Shown in pieces: positions 47,506 to 61,994 of a stretch of 64,000 nt of DNA. The position numbers and the translations under genes are program-made. Position 1 is the first letter of the stretch. Each line of letters opens with the position of its first letter. Location of the stretch: assembly GCA_012026655.1 (NCBI GenBank), contig JAAILG010001327.1, forward strand, positions 1-64,000, given 5' to 3'. The notes beneath the pieces are model-generated. The model was not told the origin of the DNA, searched no databases, and was given only the letters and a program-made list of their open reading frames with translations. This DNA comes from Hydrolagus affinis (taxonomy: Eukaryota).

Positions 47506-50500
47506 ATTGTTTTGGAGGATTTTACCGATCTTGGTCAATGAAGAAACAATTTCACAAGGTTGTTGCTCATGTTAAAGTGTTAATATACATATGCTTTAAT
47601 AAATGCTTATATAATAATCTGGTTAGCCCATTTCTATATGTTAACCTATCAGGTATACACAATATAAGCTATATAAATATATAATTTATTCTTATAAGAT
47701 GGTCTTCGTTGAGGCTTAGTGACATTAAAGATGGATTTTGTACAATTTAAACAGATAGTATCAAAATTGCGCTATTGTCTCTGAGTTTCTTAAAAATGTT
47801 CAGTTGTAACAGAATCCAAAGCAATCAAAATGTTTCTTCAGAAATAATAAGAGCTTCAGAGAATGTTAGTAATAATATTTAAGAGGTCATTACAAAATTA
47901 TACTCTAGGAAAATATTTTTAAAAACTGATCATGAATTACTTAGCAATGGAGCTTTTGGGTGCCATATGCATTGTTGTGAAGAAAATCCTTTTTTTTTAA
48001 ATCGGATGTGCAAAATCTTGATGTATGTTATGGGTTTAAATAAAAACACTTTTAAAAATGGTGAAACAAAGTACTGTATTTGGGGGTGAATAAGATTGCC
48101 AGGGCTGTGATCAGTTAGCTGGCCTGTTCCCTTAGTTCTGTACACAGCACAGATTAATAAAGGCTGACGGGAAACAAATGGAGCACCCAAAGGAGTGGAA
48201 TTCTAACCACATTCCAACCTTCACAACCCTTCTCGGTTAGCTATACAACAAAAAGCAGGATTGTATCACACCCGGGAATACTGTATTCTTTTCACTCTAA
48301 TTTTTTTAAGTGACAGATGTTAAATGGTGCGTCACTAGTTTACAAGATTTCTTATTTATTTATTTCAAAATACAGTATTAAGATCTGCCTTCATGATTTT
48401 TTGGGGCTCATAGAAACGTCTAGCAGCAGACATTCAACATCATTCACACCTTCATCACTTACAGTACACAATGTATAAAACAAAATTCCAGACTACATTA
48501 ACTGGACAGAATTTCAATGTTATAAAGCTTTCATCTTGAAGATAAGCAAGAATCAGGTTGAAAAGATAAACTGCAGTACATGGGTGAAAAATTGGCATAA
48601 CTATACATGAATAGTTGGGGCACCTTTGTGTGTTGTTGATCCTAGTGCCTAATAAGTCATGATTTGGAGAGAAATTGCCATTTGGAAAAAAGGTGCTTGA
48701 AATGTTTTTTATGCTTATTAAATTATAGGAATTTCCTGAGTACCAAACCTCTGTTCTTTGAATCCTGGTAGAATGGCACGTTTTTATACTTTACAACTTT
48801 TTAAGTTAATATATTTGCATTCTGCCTTAGCGTAGTCGTAAGCTGTTATGCAAACTACAAATAGGACAAAGTAGCAATGTGAACTACATATAGCATAAAA
48901 CTTACATTTTTCTGTGGAAATAGAATTTTGGGGTTGTAATATAACTTACAAGATTGTTTGTTACAATGAAAAGCACTATGCAATATTTTATCAAAAGGTT
49001 GTGTGTGTGTATATATATATATACTGTATGTAAAAGGGGAGGAGGAGTCCAGATGTGCTCCCTACAAAGAGGGTCATCCAGCATAGAGTGACATTTCGAT
49101 TTGTTTCATATATGGTGCAAGGTTTTCATTTTCATGTTTGGGCTGGTAACTGGAGCACTGTGTGGCAAGGAAACATTGAGGTCAATAGGAGGGAATGCAA
49201 TGGTAAAAGATTATTTACTTTTAAATAAAAGAAAACACAGTACTGTACAGTATAGCTATCAGTAGAATGTAACTAGGAAACTCATTTAAAAAGCAACGAG
49301 AGGAGAAGTTGACATTCACTCAATAGTACTTCACAATTACTAATCTGACATAATTACTTTCCAGAAGTATGGTTGTCTTTCCACTTTCATATTATATGTA
49401 AAAATCTATTTAAAAACGAATTTAAGTGCTTTACCCTCTACCACATGCAACCAGAGTAGTAGAACGGGCAACAATAACAACAAAATTATACTTATAGAGC
49501 GCCTTTCATGTCAGGAGGACGTCCCACGGCAGCTGAACAGTCAGAATTTACTGGATACTCTGTAACTATATTTGAAAGATGAAGATAAGGAATGTGAGAT
49601 GCCCTCCTCAGAGAAAATACTTTTCCTTTGTATGAAATCATCAATTCATGGAAACTCAGGATGTTCCTGTGTTCTACCTTAGTAACGCAGTTTGGTTACA
49701 CAATGACCCATTTAACCATTTTTAAATGGTCTCACCCACAAAATATACAGTCAATTCACTTTACAATACATTCTATGAAGCGCTTTGAGACGTATAGAAG
49801 ACATGAAAAAGCGCTATATCAAATGCAAGGATTATTATTGTTTTCTTGTTGATCTCTATATCTGCTGTTCTCACCATTATTTTTCATTTGGACTTTGACA
49901 CAATTATAATTTTTAGAGTAACTGCTTTGTACTAAACCTTTCTATTTAACTTGATTATATTAAATTACTGTATATAAACATGGGATTCATTGTAAGAGAA
50001 AACACAATTCCACCAGAAGAGGGCATTATATATACAGTAGTACATTCTCATTTTTGAATGGTACAATAAAAGTTTTATTTAAATATGTTTTCAATAAGGA
50101 TACAAAGCAGCATTGTACTGTTGGTTATTTACATAGCTTCTTATATTTCAGAGTGAAACAGTTCCCGTTTTTATTCTAGGACAATATGAGGATGCAGCAG
50201 AACGATCAAAAAAGAAACAATAGGGGCTGTAATCACAGACTTTGTCATGTGGACACTGGAATAAATGTTGTTTTCATTCCTGATCACAGATGAAAATAAT
50301 TTCCTTAGCAAACCAATTTTTAAATATTTTTATTGTTATTGAACAATGAAAGATGAATAATGGTGGTTTCAAACAAAGCTTATATTTCACAATTTGATGT
50401 GTTACAACATATCGAAAGTTTAAGTGAACCACTAAAATGCATGATATAGATTTTGGACATGTACCACAGAATTCAGATCAGAACACTTTATTTAATGAGT

Positions 50501-51889
50501 ATTTCAAATCAAACATAAAGTTATTGTTGAAATTTTCATTTGGTTTGTAAAGGTCAGGCTAAATCAGTTTACACCGCTTTGTACTTCAACTCTTGATCAA
50601 TTGACAGACATTAATAGTGAAATACAGGTCAGCACAAGTTTGTGTGATGATGGGATTGTTTTAATTATATAGATTGTCAGGCAGTGCAACTTTAGTCAAT
50701 TAATGATGAAAATATTTATTAAATTAACTCTACCTAAAAAGTCCCTAAAGAATATAGAATTTGGTTGTAAACAATTAAAAAATGCTTTATTCCAGTTCTA
50801 AATCTATGGTGACCATGTAATGTTTAGAATTGCAAGCTTATCTTGTTATTGCCTTTGACAGCATGTTAACATTGTCAATAATTATTAGCTCCAACATGTT
50901 GAAAACTATAATTTGCTCTACAACTTGATTTTAATAATAATTTATGGATAGTCTTCTTGATATAAACAACTCTATGTGTGTCTAGATAAAGGTTGGAAAC
51001 TTATTTCTGTGGCACTGAATAACCAAGCATGTAATTTTAATTCAGAGAGGAGACTTCCCTTAGTAATAAGCAATATGTGCATCTCCTCAGCACCTCATCC
51101 AGTTCTTTATGTTTTACATATGGGCAATGTCAAATCCTCCACATGCCTGGAGAGGTGCTTGGAATCATTATACATACGAAACTTTCTTGGCAGCCACGCC
51201 TTAATGACATCTCAAGTAAAGCAGCCAGCATTTAAAACTGGCTTGAAAAGCTATTTTTCCTTCCAGTAATTCCCGGATGATACCAACAATATATCGAGCT
51301 TCTACACAACCACTTATACCATTTGTACCAGATATCAATGCCTGCCTAACCATCTTCTCATTAATAGTTGCTAACCAAATTGTTCTCAGTAAATATCTTA
51401 ACATCTACACAGCCATTTCAAGTCACTCATTGAACAAAACACGACAAATGTCTGATTATGAGTTTATTGTTTGCTATCCCACGTTAGTCAGCATTATTGA
51501 TTTTCTATACCTGCAACTGTAGAAATTGGTCAATGAAGGATCACAATTCCAGCCAATACCTATATGGCAACTTTCAAATGAGGGCCCATCAATGTGTTGC
51601 CCAGATATTTCTTTATGTGACTTCTGAATATTTGGTCTTTTAGTAATTTATGGTAGCTTTTTGTTCAAGCATTTGTTACTTCATTATGTGCTGTTACTGT
51701 TAATTAACATTTTCATGTTTTTGGTGTTAACCATAGCAGAACGTTGTCAGTAACTCACAATCAAACACTTACCAGTTTGTGCTTTAGTATAATTTTCTTG
51801 CAAATTGATAGTTTCTGAAAGATTATTATTTGCACTATGCAATTACTTCAATGTAGGCAAAAGGTGTGATGTTCTGCACCATCTGTTTA

Positions 51890-52637
51890 GCCCGTGTCCT
51901 CTCACGGACCAGGCTCAATGACCCTATCACCCTTGCCCAACTCCATTAGCTCCACATCACACACAGGATACAGTTACAGATCCTGGTCCCCACTTTGAAA
52001 GCCTTCCATGGCCTTAATCCAGACTATCTCTGCAGCCTACTAACCTCCTACCAACCTGCTTGCTCTCGCCGCTCAGTGGTTTCCGGCTTGCTTCATGTCC
52101 ATCGCCTCGCCCACCCCACCATTAGCAGGTGGGCCTTCAACTACTAATTTCCCACCCTCTGGCACTCGATCCTGCAGTGCCTACAACAACAACAACTTGG
52201 ATTTATATAGTGCCCTCCATGGAGGATTTGGGGGACAAGGAGGAGGCCAGACCCAGTAGAGCAAAGGTAAAGGGTACTGTTGTGAGGAGAGAGGAGGTCA
52301 GAGAGGTGTGGGGGTATTGGGAAGTGGTGCAGAGGAGTGGAGGGATTTGAACACAAGAGTAAGGATCTTGAAATCGATCCGCTCTGAGACAGGGACCCAG
52401 TGAAATCTGGCAAGGACTGGGGTAATTGGGGAGCAAAGATTGGTTCACCTCATCCCCTCCCTTGCCTCCTTTAACACCCATCTCAAGACCCTCCACTTTC
52501 ACTGTGCCTTCAATCATCCATCTTCCTCCCCTGCCCCCCACCCTTCCCAATCCCTACAGCCCAGCTTGCATCTAAAACACTGATTGTCCAGCATCTTGTG
52601 ATGTGAAACGTTTATACAAATGTAATTTTGTTGTTGT
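51890..52637. mobile_element. Plus-strand L2 fragment with a nested minus-strand L2 fragment (about 52185-52420)
   Basis: L2 3'-end similarity in both orientations; (CAA)n at 52184 and (TTG)n at 52628. Confidence 0.75.
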
Positions 52638-52798
52638 ATTATGTGCTGTATTATAATTACAAATTAGAAGCACTAGTTAAGAACAGTTCACCATATTTAG
52701 AAATCCGAAGAATGCAATATTGTAGTTTCATAACTGTATAATTCATTGTGGTTAAAGCTGCATTTAAAATGGTGTTTCTGTACCTCTTTACCTTTTAG

Positions 52799-52872
52799 TT
52801 TGACACATCTTGCTATCATGTCTGATTTTGTGTCATTGGAGAGACTTGATCTCAGCAACAACAGATTATCAG
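52799..52872 (+). CDS. LRRIQ1: LRRIQ1 exon (SLTHLAIMSDFVSLERLDLSNNRLS), LRR
   Basis: 74 nt; phase 2 to 1; ccttttag| acceptor, G|GTGAGA donor; follows a 13-kb intron. Confidence 0.93.
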
Positions 52873-53948
52873 GTGAGACAACATATTACAGTTTTATTAT
52901 TATAATTTTTTAATTCTCTCCTCCTGTCCTGGCTGAGCTTTCTCCTTAGTCGAGGAATTCTTGGGCTTGCATTAGTTGTCTTCTGTACCATTCCGAAAGC
53001 AGTCAACATGGGATGTTACACTGTTATGACGTATGCAAAGAAAACTCATCCCATTAATAGTAGCTCAGGTGAAATGTTAGTTTACACTGTGATTCCAACT
53101 TGGAGGTCTTTACAATTGGAAATTAACATTAAAATTACTGAGTAGATTTTTGTATATTTGTAATCTGCTTTAGCTAAAATCCCTTAATCATAAACAGCTG
53201 CCGGATGTAATCAAACTCTTGTGCTGTGCATTTATGAAGATGCCCTATCCATTTCTTTGATCTGGCCTTAGCCTCTCTTGTTCAACCATAAAGAAAATAA
53301 TAATATCAATAGACTTTTTTAGCTGTGACACAGCAGGGTTGGATACTGTTTAATTTACATGTTTTGTGAGATGGATGATCTGCAATGGGTCATGGTGGTT
53401 TATTGCAGGAGGTAATTGACAATTGTAAAACATGGGGCACACAGTTAAGCAAATAGTTGACCACAATAATTCCTATTAATATGTCCAGGAGAGTGATTCC
53501 TAATAACAATGGCCCTACCAGTAATATATGGCAGGCACTTTCAGTATTACTGGTTAAACAAAATGCATAATTTTATATCTAGAATTTAAAGTATCAGGAT
53601 GTCCCATAAAATGTACAAGTCATCACTTCAAGGCAGTGTAACATGTGAACTGGGGATGCAACTTATACTTATTATGTTTCACTTGGATCCACAGTGTAAG
53701 TGCATAACAGACATGAACACTATAAAATATAGAACAGCAAACTTTCAAATACACAGGCATATCTGGGAATCTTATACCACTAACAATCATCAATAAAAAT
53801 CAAATTAATTCTCTTCTGTTTGTAAAAGACTCATCTCTCAAATCGTTTTTCCAACAATCTTACATTTTTCAGACAAGCATTATTTATTTTATCTGCTCCA
53901 ATCTGTTTTGATTTCTTTTCTATTAAGAATATGTTTACTTTATCACAG

Positions 53949-54042
53949 ATCTCAAGAGCCTTCTTTCATGTCTTAATGGATGTCATAGTCTGCTACAGTT
54001 GATACTAGAAAGGAATCCATTTCAGCAAGAATTAGGATGGAG
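53949..54042 (+). CDS. LRRIQ1: LRRIQ1 exon (DLKSLLSCLNGCHSLLQLILERNPFQQELGWR)
   Basis: 94 nt; phase 1 to 2; LRR cap NP motif; AG|GTGAGC donor. Confidence 0.93.
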
Positions 54043-55449
54043 GTGAGCCAAACCCATTTCTCTGTCATTGTTGTCTGTCAGACAAGGTAATAAATTACTG
54101 CTATACATAGAAATGTCTCAATAAAAATATACATTGCAGGATATCACAGCACATTGTTGAACTTCCACTATTATCTAATGTTACATTGTGGTAATGTTGA
54201 AAAAATTCCGACAGCTCAATGTGATAAACATTTGGAGCACTATACTGTAACTTCAAGTTAGCCATATGGTCCTATTTTTTTTACATAAAATAAGTGGGTA
54301 CCCTTGACAACAAAAGGATACTTTCGCAGTGCTATGTATGCAATTGTGGTCAGTAACGTGAAATTTGAGTAGCCCTAAAAAATTCTATAATCATAGTGGA
54401 CTCTTTTGTTATGCAACACTAGGTTGCCAGGTTCTACTCCAATATCGTGTTTTGTAAAACCAGCATATAAGTTGCACCTTTGTGTATGTTGTTGGAGTTT
54501 TAGAAGTACTGTAAAAGAATGAGCTATAACTAGAGCTGAGGTTTATTGACTGTCTTAATTTATAGTGCTGTATCTTTTACACCACTAAAATTGAGTATTT
54601 TTAAAAAATAAAATGCTAACTTATAAAAAGATTTTAAAAAGACTTTATTATAATAATGCTACATTCAGGTGAAGCATTTTTAGTAAATCAGAACCACTAA
54701 AGCATGCCTTCTTATTAGACAGAATTTCACAGCTACTTCCCTGTAAATAGTGCTGCACAGAATTAATTCTGAAATAAAGTGAAGTCTTTGCAGTGACTTC
54801 CTGGAGCCTTGGGCTAATTTTGCTCACATTGTGAATTCGAAGGATTGACATTTGTGTGAATAGAATATGATAATCAACTATATGTAAGGACCACACTTGC
54901 AAAAGAAAGGAACCAGTAGGAGAAAATTAATGAGGAATTGGCATAAAGACAAAGAAATTATGTCTGGTAATTGAGTAGTGCAGTGTACAGATTGAACAAT
55001 ATTCTTTCATCACTGGTTTGAAATCCGGCCTCAGACAAATGGTTGCAGACACACTGACTGACAAAGTTTTTTTTTACTCTGACAGCTATAAGGATCTTAC
55101 ATCTCAAGGTACACAGCTGAAAGTCTGATCAAATTGTAGTGTCTTCAGAACAGCTTGCCATTGAATTATGTGTCAATGGAACATTTTATTCACTTAAATG
55201 TTATTTCCAATCCTGAATCCACTTTGTGGCGCAGTGAGTGGCTGATGGATCCAAAGGCCCTCCATATGTGAGGTGCACTTTTTAAGAGGAAAAGAATACC
55301 TAAAAAGAAGCATAAAAAATGAGTTATAGTGTAAGCAAGATTAACTGATCCCAGAATTGCACTGTGGCTAGAAGGACAATGAATAGGAGCAATGCTGTGT
55401 GGTGTCCTTTTCTATGTCACTTTATTTAACTCCCAGATATATTGTAACA

Positions 55450-55642
55450 AATAATAATAGTCCTTGCCTTTCATATAATACTTTTCACGTCTTCTAGATG
55501 TCTCAAAACGCTACACAGAATGTACTTTAAAGTGAATTGACTATATTTGTGGACGAAATGCGGCTGCCAATTGTTCACAACAGTGTCCCACAAACAGTTA
55601 TGGATTGAAATGACCCATTTTTGGGGGGAGGGATTATTATTG
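55450..55642 (-). mobile_element. SINE core and tail
   Basis: Reverse match to the SINE. Confidence 0.85.
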
Positions 55643-57164
55643 TATTGTATTAAGTGTTTGCTCCATCATGTTTCAATATTGCAAAACATCAGTGCAGTTA
55701 TTTGATTGAGGCACACAATATCTTAAAGTATTTATACTTTTGTGAGTAAATCAATTGCTGAACCTCAGATGTTTGATTTATCACTGATTTCTAAAGATGA
55801 ATTCGGACTTAGCATTTTAAATTAGCTTTCAAGTCATGCTACAAAAGGATAGTCGACAAATTGGAATAAATAAAGTTATGTTGATTAAGCTTTGAAGCTT
55901 ATTGTGTGAAACATGTGAAATGCAGATGGTGTGAGCAATCTCATTTTCACCTATGAGTTGGTCTCTCTGGAGCCATATTCCTTTCATGAACAAATCTTTC
56001 ATTTTGTAAAAATTTGCTCCACACATTCATTCAGCAGGTGGGGGCATCGAGCGAGGGGAATATTGTTTTTCAAATGTTTGAACTGCAGCAGAAACTTAGT
56101 ACTCCATTTGTTAGTCATTTTCAGTTTGGTGCTGGTAAACTCGCTGGATGTGAAATCAGCACATGCAGAGAAGCATAAGAACCACTGGTATTCAAAGCCT
56201 TAGGGGTTGCTAAGAGTTCATAATCAAAACTCATTTTGAATGTTGGACTTAAAGCTTGTAATCAGCAGTATAACCCATGGATCACTGTCACAAGGTAGTC
56301 GGGCTGAAAATGGTCCTGAGTTAAATTAGTCATAAATATTTTATTGGTTCTTGTTACATAAGACAGGAGCCCTGCACTTCTTATCAGAGGTTCGGCCTAG
56401 TCTGTGATAAGAACCAGGTAGCTCCAGTTTGTAGATTTGCAGACTGATTGCCTTGCGAGTACAACATTGTGAGCATATGAATAAACATTTTAAGTTAGGG
56501 AAGATTAATCGTATTTTTGAATCAAGAGACATAACATTATGAAAAAATCAAGGACAGGCCGGACAAAATACATCAACCCATACATAGGATAAATGTACAG
56601 ACTGCTTAAAAAACTGATGTCACTACAAAAACAAGTCCTGGGTAAGATTTTGATTAAATTCAAAAAATGTTCCCCTCAATTAAAAAAAATAAATGTAATC
56701 TGTCATGATGTAATCGCTGTTTTTTTTAAAAGGTTGAAGTGCAATGAGCAATGTGACAGAATATTTGAGTTGAAAAATGCAACTTTGTGGTATGATAATT
56801 ATTGCCTGCAATAATTATAATATAGACAAATAGTGAAATCAACAGCATTCAATGGTTATCTTGGACTGTAGAAGGAGGAAAGGGGAGCTATTGCTCTTAA
56901 ATATTTTGTTTTTCAATTTGAGAGTCTTTTGTCCTAAAGCATATTGATGAACATTTTAAAAGATCATTTACTAGTATATTCATTATATTATCTAATCACG
57001 TGCTTCTCTTTTAAATATAATTCCCTGAAACTTTAAAAATGAAGGGGAAAGTCATAGAAATGTGGGGGAAAAGATAAGCACATCCCTTTCACATACACAT
57101 TCACAGTGGAGAAATGGACATAAAAAAAGTAATTTACGTTTTTTCTTTGCGTGTTGTTTCAAAG

Positions 57165-57364
57165 TGCTCAGTCATTGAACACATTCAAGACTGAGATCGA
57201 CAGTTTTTTTTTTAAAAAAAGCTATAATGGGATTAAGGGATATGGGGAGAGCATGGGGAAATGGAATTAAGATAGAAGATCAGCCATGATCTTATTAAAT
57301 GGGGGGGCAGACTCGAGGGGCCGAATGGCCTACCTCTGCGCCTACTTCTTTTGTTCTTATGTTC
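57165..57364 (+). mobile_element. CR1 LINE 3' end
   Basis: GATCAGCCATGATCTT...CTCGAGGGGCCGAATGGCCTACC...TTCTTATGTTC; a related end lies at about 41700-41790. Confidence 0.85.
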
Positions 57365-57791
57365 AAAGTGTTCTGAGATGTCATTTCCATTGCAAGATTG
57401 AAATCCATTGCCTTGAAACCGCTGTTTTATTTTCTTAAGGGTCAGAAGGGTATACCAGCTTCATTAATATGGTTTCATTTAATTTTAAATACTTTCCCTT
57501 CTTATAATGAGATACAAAAATGTTTCATTGTATTAGCTTCTTCAGTTGACTTTGACATTGGTTGTTCACCAGCCCATGACCAAAACAGCATTATCATTGT
57601 GCTAATTTATATTAAATGTAATTTTAAAAAAAAGTATTGTGTTCAAATGGAAATTAAAATTACTGTAATAAGAATACATTACCACAAAATAATCCTTTTT
57701 TGGGGGGAAGATTACCATTGTGTTTTAACAATGCAGAACACCTTTAAATAGTAGCAATCTATGAACCTTGTGCACTGCACTTGTGTTTCAG

Positions 57792-57971
57792 ATGTTCAGT
57801 GCTGAAAATGTTACCAGGCCTAACGGTGGTGGATGGTGAGAGGATCATTTCCGCTGACGAGTCTCCTTCAGACAGGAGCAACATGCCTTCACCTGGGAGT
57901 TTCTTGGCTTTCTGTCAGGCAAACCTTCAGAACTTTGAGTTATTGCTCAGGAGACATGAGACTGAACAAGC
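57792..57971 (+). CDS. LRRIQ1: LRRIQ1 exon (CSVLKMLPGLTVVDG...FLAFCQ...HETEQ)
   Basis: 180 nt; phase 2 to 2; LP.L..LDG-type LRR cap; GC|GTGAGT donor. Confidence 0.93.
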
Positions 57972-60060
57972 GTGAGTGTCTTTTTGCACATTTCATCCCT
58001 TTTTGACTGTAACATGAGGCTATGCTTCATGCACGCACATAACTTTTTGACACATCTGTTGGTTTGATTAAAGAATTGCATAAAACAGGAAACAGGAAAA
58101 TTTTGTGTAAGTATTTCCAGTTTTAAAATGTCAGCACTTGTCTTGAGATTTCCACTGAGGCCAGATCCCAGCGTGGATTGGAATGAAATTGAGTATTTGG
58201 TAAAAATGTCATGCTGTTGTTGAACTGGCATTTCTATACAGGACTTTCAATTGCATTATTTTATACTGCAAAAACAAATGAGTGAAAATGTTGTTCAACA
58301 TATTTCAGTTTTATGATTGATTATTTGTGTGCACGACAGTTATGGGCCATTAAGTATTTTTCCAGTGTGGACCCAGCGGCTCCATGAAAATTGTCATGGC
58401 AGGTTTATTGTGGATCCAATGTACAGCAATATTTAAGTCTGCAGTGAAAACAGGCAGTTACGTCAACTTCAGACTCAATTGATTTATTCCCCTATATGGT
58501 TGAAGCATAACTTTTATATTTTCTGAATTGCCCATTTTTCTGGCTCACTGTATTTCATTGGAAATGTGTTTCAATTTACGGGGTTTGGCGGGAAATTTGA
58601 GCCAGTTATAGTTGAGACAAATCTAAGCATGATGCAGCAGAGAACAGTTAACTGACAGGACTGCCAGTATTTTGCATTTCCTGGACTCCATTCAGTAGCA
58701 CTAGGGAAATATAGGGACTTGGAAGGCATTGGCAATAATATCAACCTGGCACTCAATCTTCCCTTTTTAGCAATGGTTCAACTTCAAACAAGATCAGCTG
58801 TATTATTGCCAAATGACTAGGCATACATATAATTACAAAGACAATGATTCTATCTGTCAATAAGATTCAGAATTACTGTATTATGGACCAAGCTTATGAT
58901 CACTAAATATCCGTTGCTACAGACAAATACACAGTCAATTCACTTTGCAGTATATTCTGTGAAGCACTTTGAGATGTCTAGAAGACATGAAAAGTGCTAT
59001 ATCAAATGCAAGGATTATTATTATTATTACAGTTGAGTCTGAGGCATGCAGTATTCCGCAAGACCACAATGCCAGTTTTCATCAACGCTTAGCAAACAAC
59101 AACCAAATTACATTTATATAGCGACTTTTACGTCAGGAAGATGTCCCAAGGCGATGGACAGATGGACCTGAGCTGGGGGTAGAGAATTTGGGGAGGGTGG
59201 AGGGCAGGCTGGGAAGGAGGTTGATTGAAAGCACAGTCAAAGAGATCAAACATATTGGGCAAAGCTATATCTGGCTTCAAATAGAACTAGTGAAGATTAT
59301 TTGATTTCACAAATGGTAGTTAAACACTCATGTGAAAAATATTATTTGGGATTGTACACTTCCGTTGGAGCAATATTTGAAATATCTGATTTATCTTGCA
59401 AGGTTTCTGAAGTCCGAGGTGGTAGCCCACAGTCTGGATGTGTGTTTTCCACTGACTTTATGGGCTCCAAATCCCGACATTGGGCCTGAACCCATAACCT
59501 TCTGACAAAAAGCTCCAATTATGTTTCAATAATCCTCCTCCATGTTAGTTCTCCGAAGCTTAAGAAGATTTTTGCAACCTCCACTCGTAGTCCCAATGCA
59601 GTGATGGCATGGCATCAGTGTCACCAAAGCCCTTTGGCAGCCCAGATTGGATATTTATCTACCTGATAGGGAATAAATAAAACCTGATGTTTATGTCAGC
59701 TAAACATATTTTAAATTACTGTACTAGATAGGTTCGAATGAAAAAGGCTCAGGCTCATTTGATCTCATCTTCCCAAGTATAATAATAATACTTACATTTG
59801 ATGTAATGCTGCCTCGTGTCTTCGAAACATCTCAAAGCGTTTAACAGAATATATTTCATATGAATATACTTAATACTTAATTAAGAATATGGACTTGAGA
59901 AAGCAGGAGACATCCCTTTGGGGAGAGAGAGAGAGTGCCTTCCATTCTAACAATCCAAAAGTATATATAATCTATGTGACGGTGTGACTATCTGAGGCCC
60001 GTCCAGCGTGGAGGGCGCTATGTAAATCAAAATTGTTGTTGTTGTATCTCTGTCATATTG

Positions 60061-60250
60061 ATAATAATCCCTAGAAAAATATACTATAATAAATGAGTCT
60101 GTTTGTGGGATACTGCTGTGCACAATTGCCTGCTGCATATCACCCACATATTTACAGTCAATTCACTTTACAGTATATTCTGTGAAGCACTTTGAGATGT
60201 CTAGAGGATGTGAAAGGCACTATATCAAATCAAGGATTATTATTATTGTA
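60061..60250 (+). mobile_element. SINE core and tail
   Basis: Matches the SINE from ATAATAATCCC onward. Confidence 0.85.
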
Positions 60251-60399
60251 TTGTACAATGTTATTATACTGTAAACTGAACAATATATTCCAGCATCTGC
60301 ATATTTTGCATTTTGTTTATTACTGTAAACTGAATGACTATATATTTTGTTGGCAAAATGCCGCAGCCAATTACACACAACAGTGTCCCACTTGGGGAC

Positions 60400-60945
60400 T
60401 TGAACTCTCTCCTCGTCGGCCTCCCCAGCTCCTCCCTTCACAGGCTGCAGATCATTCAGAAGTCTGTAGCTCGTGTACTCTTCTGTACCAGGCTTCGCGA
60501 CCACATCACTCCCACCCTCGCCCATCTCCAATGGTTCCCCATCACCCAGAGGATCAAATTCAAGATCCTTGGCCTCACTTTCAAGGCCATTCACAGCCTT
60601 GTCCCCGCCTATCTCTCTGACCTACTGTCTCCCTACCAACCTGCCCGCACCCTCCGTTCAGCAGACTCAGGCCTGCTCCGCGTCCACCGCCCTAACCGCA
60701 CAACCATCGGCGGCCAGGCTTTCAGTCTCTCTGCCCCCACACTGTGGAACTCCATCCCGCAGCCCCTCTGCCTCACTTCCTCCCTTTCCTCCTTCAAGAC
60801 CAGTCTCAAGACCTTCCTCTTCGACCACGCCTTCAGCTGCCCCACTAACTCTTTCCCTTCTCCCACTCTCCTTCCCCTTCCTTCGACCTTCCCCCCCCAC
60901 CCCGCCCCCCCCCCACCTACCACCCCGTTCCCCCCCCCACCCCGA
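60400..60945 (+). mobile_element. L2 LINE ORF2 C-terminus, open frame
   Basis: LHRLQIIQKSVARVL...HITPTLAHLQWFPITQRIKFKIL...APTLWNSIP...FKTSLKTFLF. Confidence 0.93.
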
Positions 60946-61496
60946 TTTTAAAATGTAATGCTAATTAACACAGGTCCCAGTAGATACTGATCATTGCTAG
61001 CTCCAATTGGCACAACATGAGTAATCCTATTTGTGTATGCATTTTCTTCATTGTGACAGTTGTATGAAAGTATGTGACTGCTTATTTCAGAGGAAGTGGG
61101 AAGTCTTCCAAATAAATTGGGGAAATACATCAAGGATTGGAGACGTTGATTTAAACAATATTCATTAAACAATATTTATCAATATGTCATTAAAATACCT
61201 TCAGAAAGATCTCTTTCACAAATAAATAAGAGTCCAATGGTTATAAGGCACATTTGAATGCATTTACAATATAAGATAAAACAACTCTCTATGCATTGTA
61301 AAATAAAAACAGTAGCTTCAGCAAAAAAAAGACTATTTATTAACCACATTATCACCTAATTTATGTGTGCCACATAACACAAGTATCTTCAGCTAGGGCA
61401 TGGAGCTGGCAGATTTGCATTCTAGTTATCATTAGCAATGTTGTGTAGTATTATTTGTTTAATCTCTTTTGCATATTTGATATATTTTTCAATCAG

Positions 61497-61994
61497 AGAA
61501 CTGGATCCACTGGAAGTCATTAAGATTAATTGCCAGCACTGTGAAGAACTGATGCAGCTAGCTGAAGAATGTAGATATGCACATGAGTTTGGAGACGTAA
61601 CCATCGCTGAAGAGAAAGAATATTCTAATATTCACAACAAGGGAAATCTCAATATCAGAAATCAACATAAGAAACCAGTGACTGGCTACACTAACAAAAA
61701 TACTCCAGACACTGACAGCCAAGTTGTTTCTAACCAGGTTCAGACCTCTGGAACCTACTCTTCTGAAAGCAGAAAGGAAAGTGATCACTCACACATAATG
61801 TGTCAAGATTCTAAGCACTCTAAGGACCCCAGAGTCCTTTTAAATGAGGAAGGAACTGTCACTTCTCCGGAAGATTGCAGAATAAGCAACGACCAAGTAC
61901 ATTCCAAACACAACGGGAAGGCACCAGATCCTCAGACTAAAGAACGTTTGGTGGGAAAATATCTTCAGCATATTCAGCAGGACAAGTTGGAAAA
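61497..61994 (+). CDS. LRRIQ1: LRRIQ1 exon (ELDPLEVIKINC...YAHEFGDVTI...DKLE)
   Basis: Phase-2 acceptor aatcag| in frame with ORF 61438..61998. The 3' end is assigned to a weak AA|GTAATA donor and is less certain. Confidence 0.85.

Larger units (their letters stand above)
22371..61994 (+). other. LRRIQ1: LRRIQ1 gene (leucine-rich repeats and IQ motif containing 1), span of the coding exons found; continues past the window
   Basis: 15 exons join in one frame. Acidic N-terminus (EIEAEL..ISIS, LPESVL), E/K-rich helix, IQ-like motif, W.TLQQVTTVT..DLPGC.LSTLA, an LRR array and YAHE.GDVTI all match recalled human LRRIQ1 motifs. Confidence 0.93.

Noticed and set aside
60334-60951. 205-aa ORF as a host gene
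   Set aside because: Chance fusion of an antisense SINE fragment to the L2 ORF2 C-terminus; no RT core or splice support.
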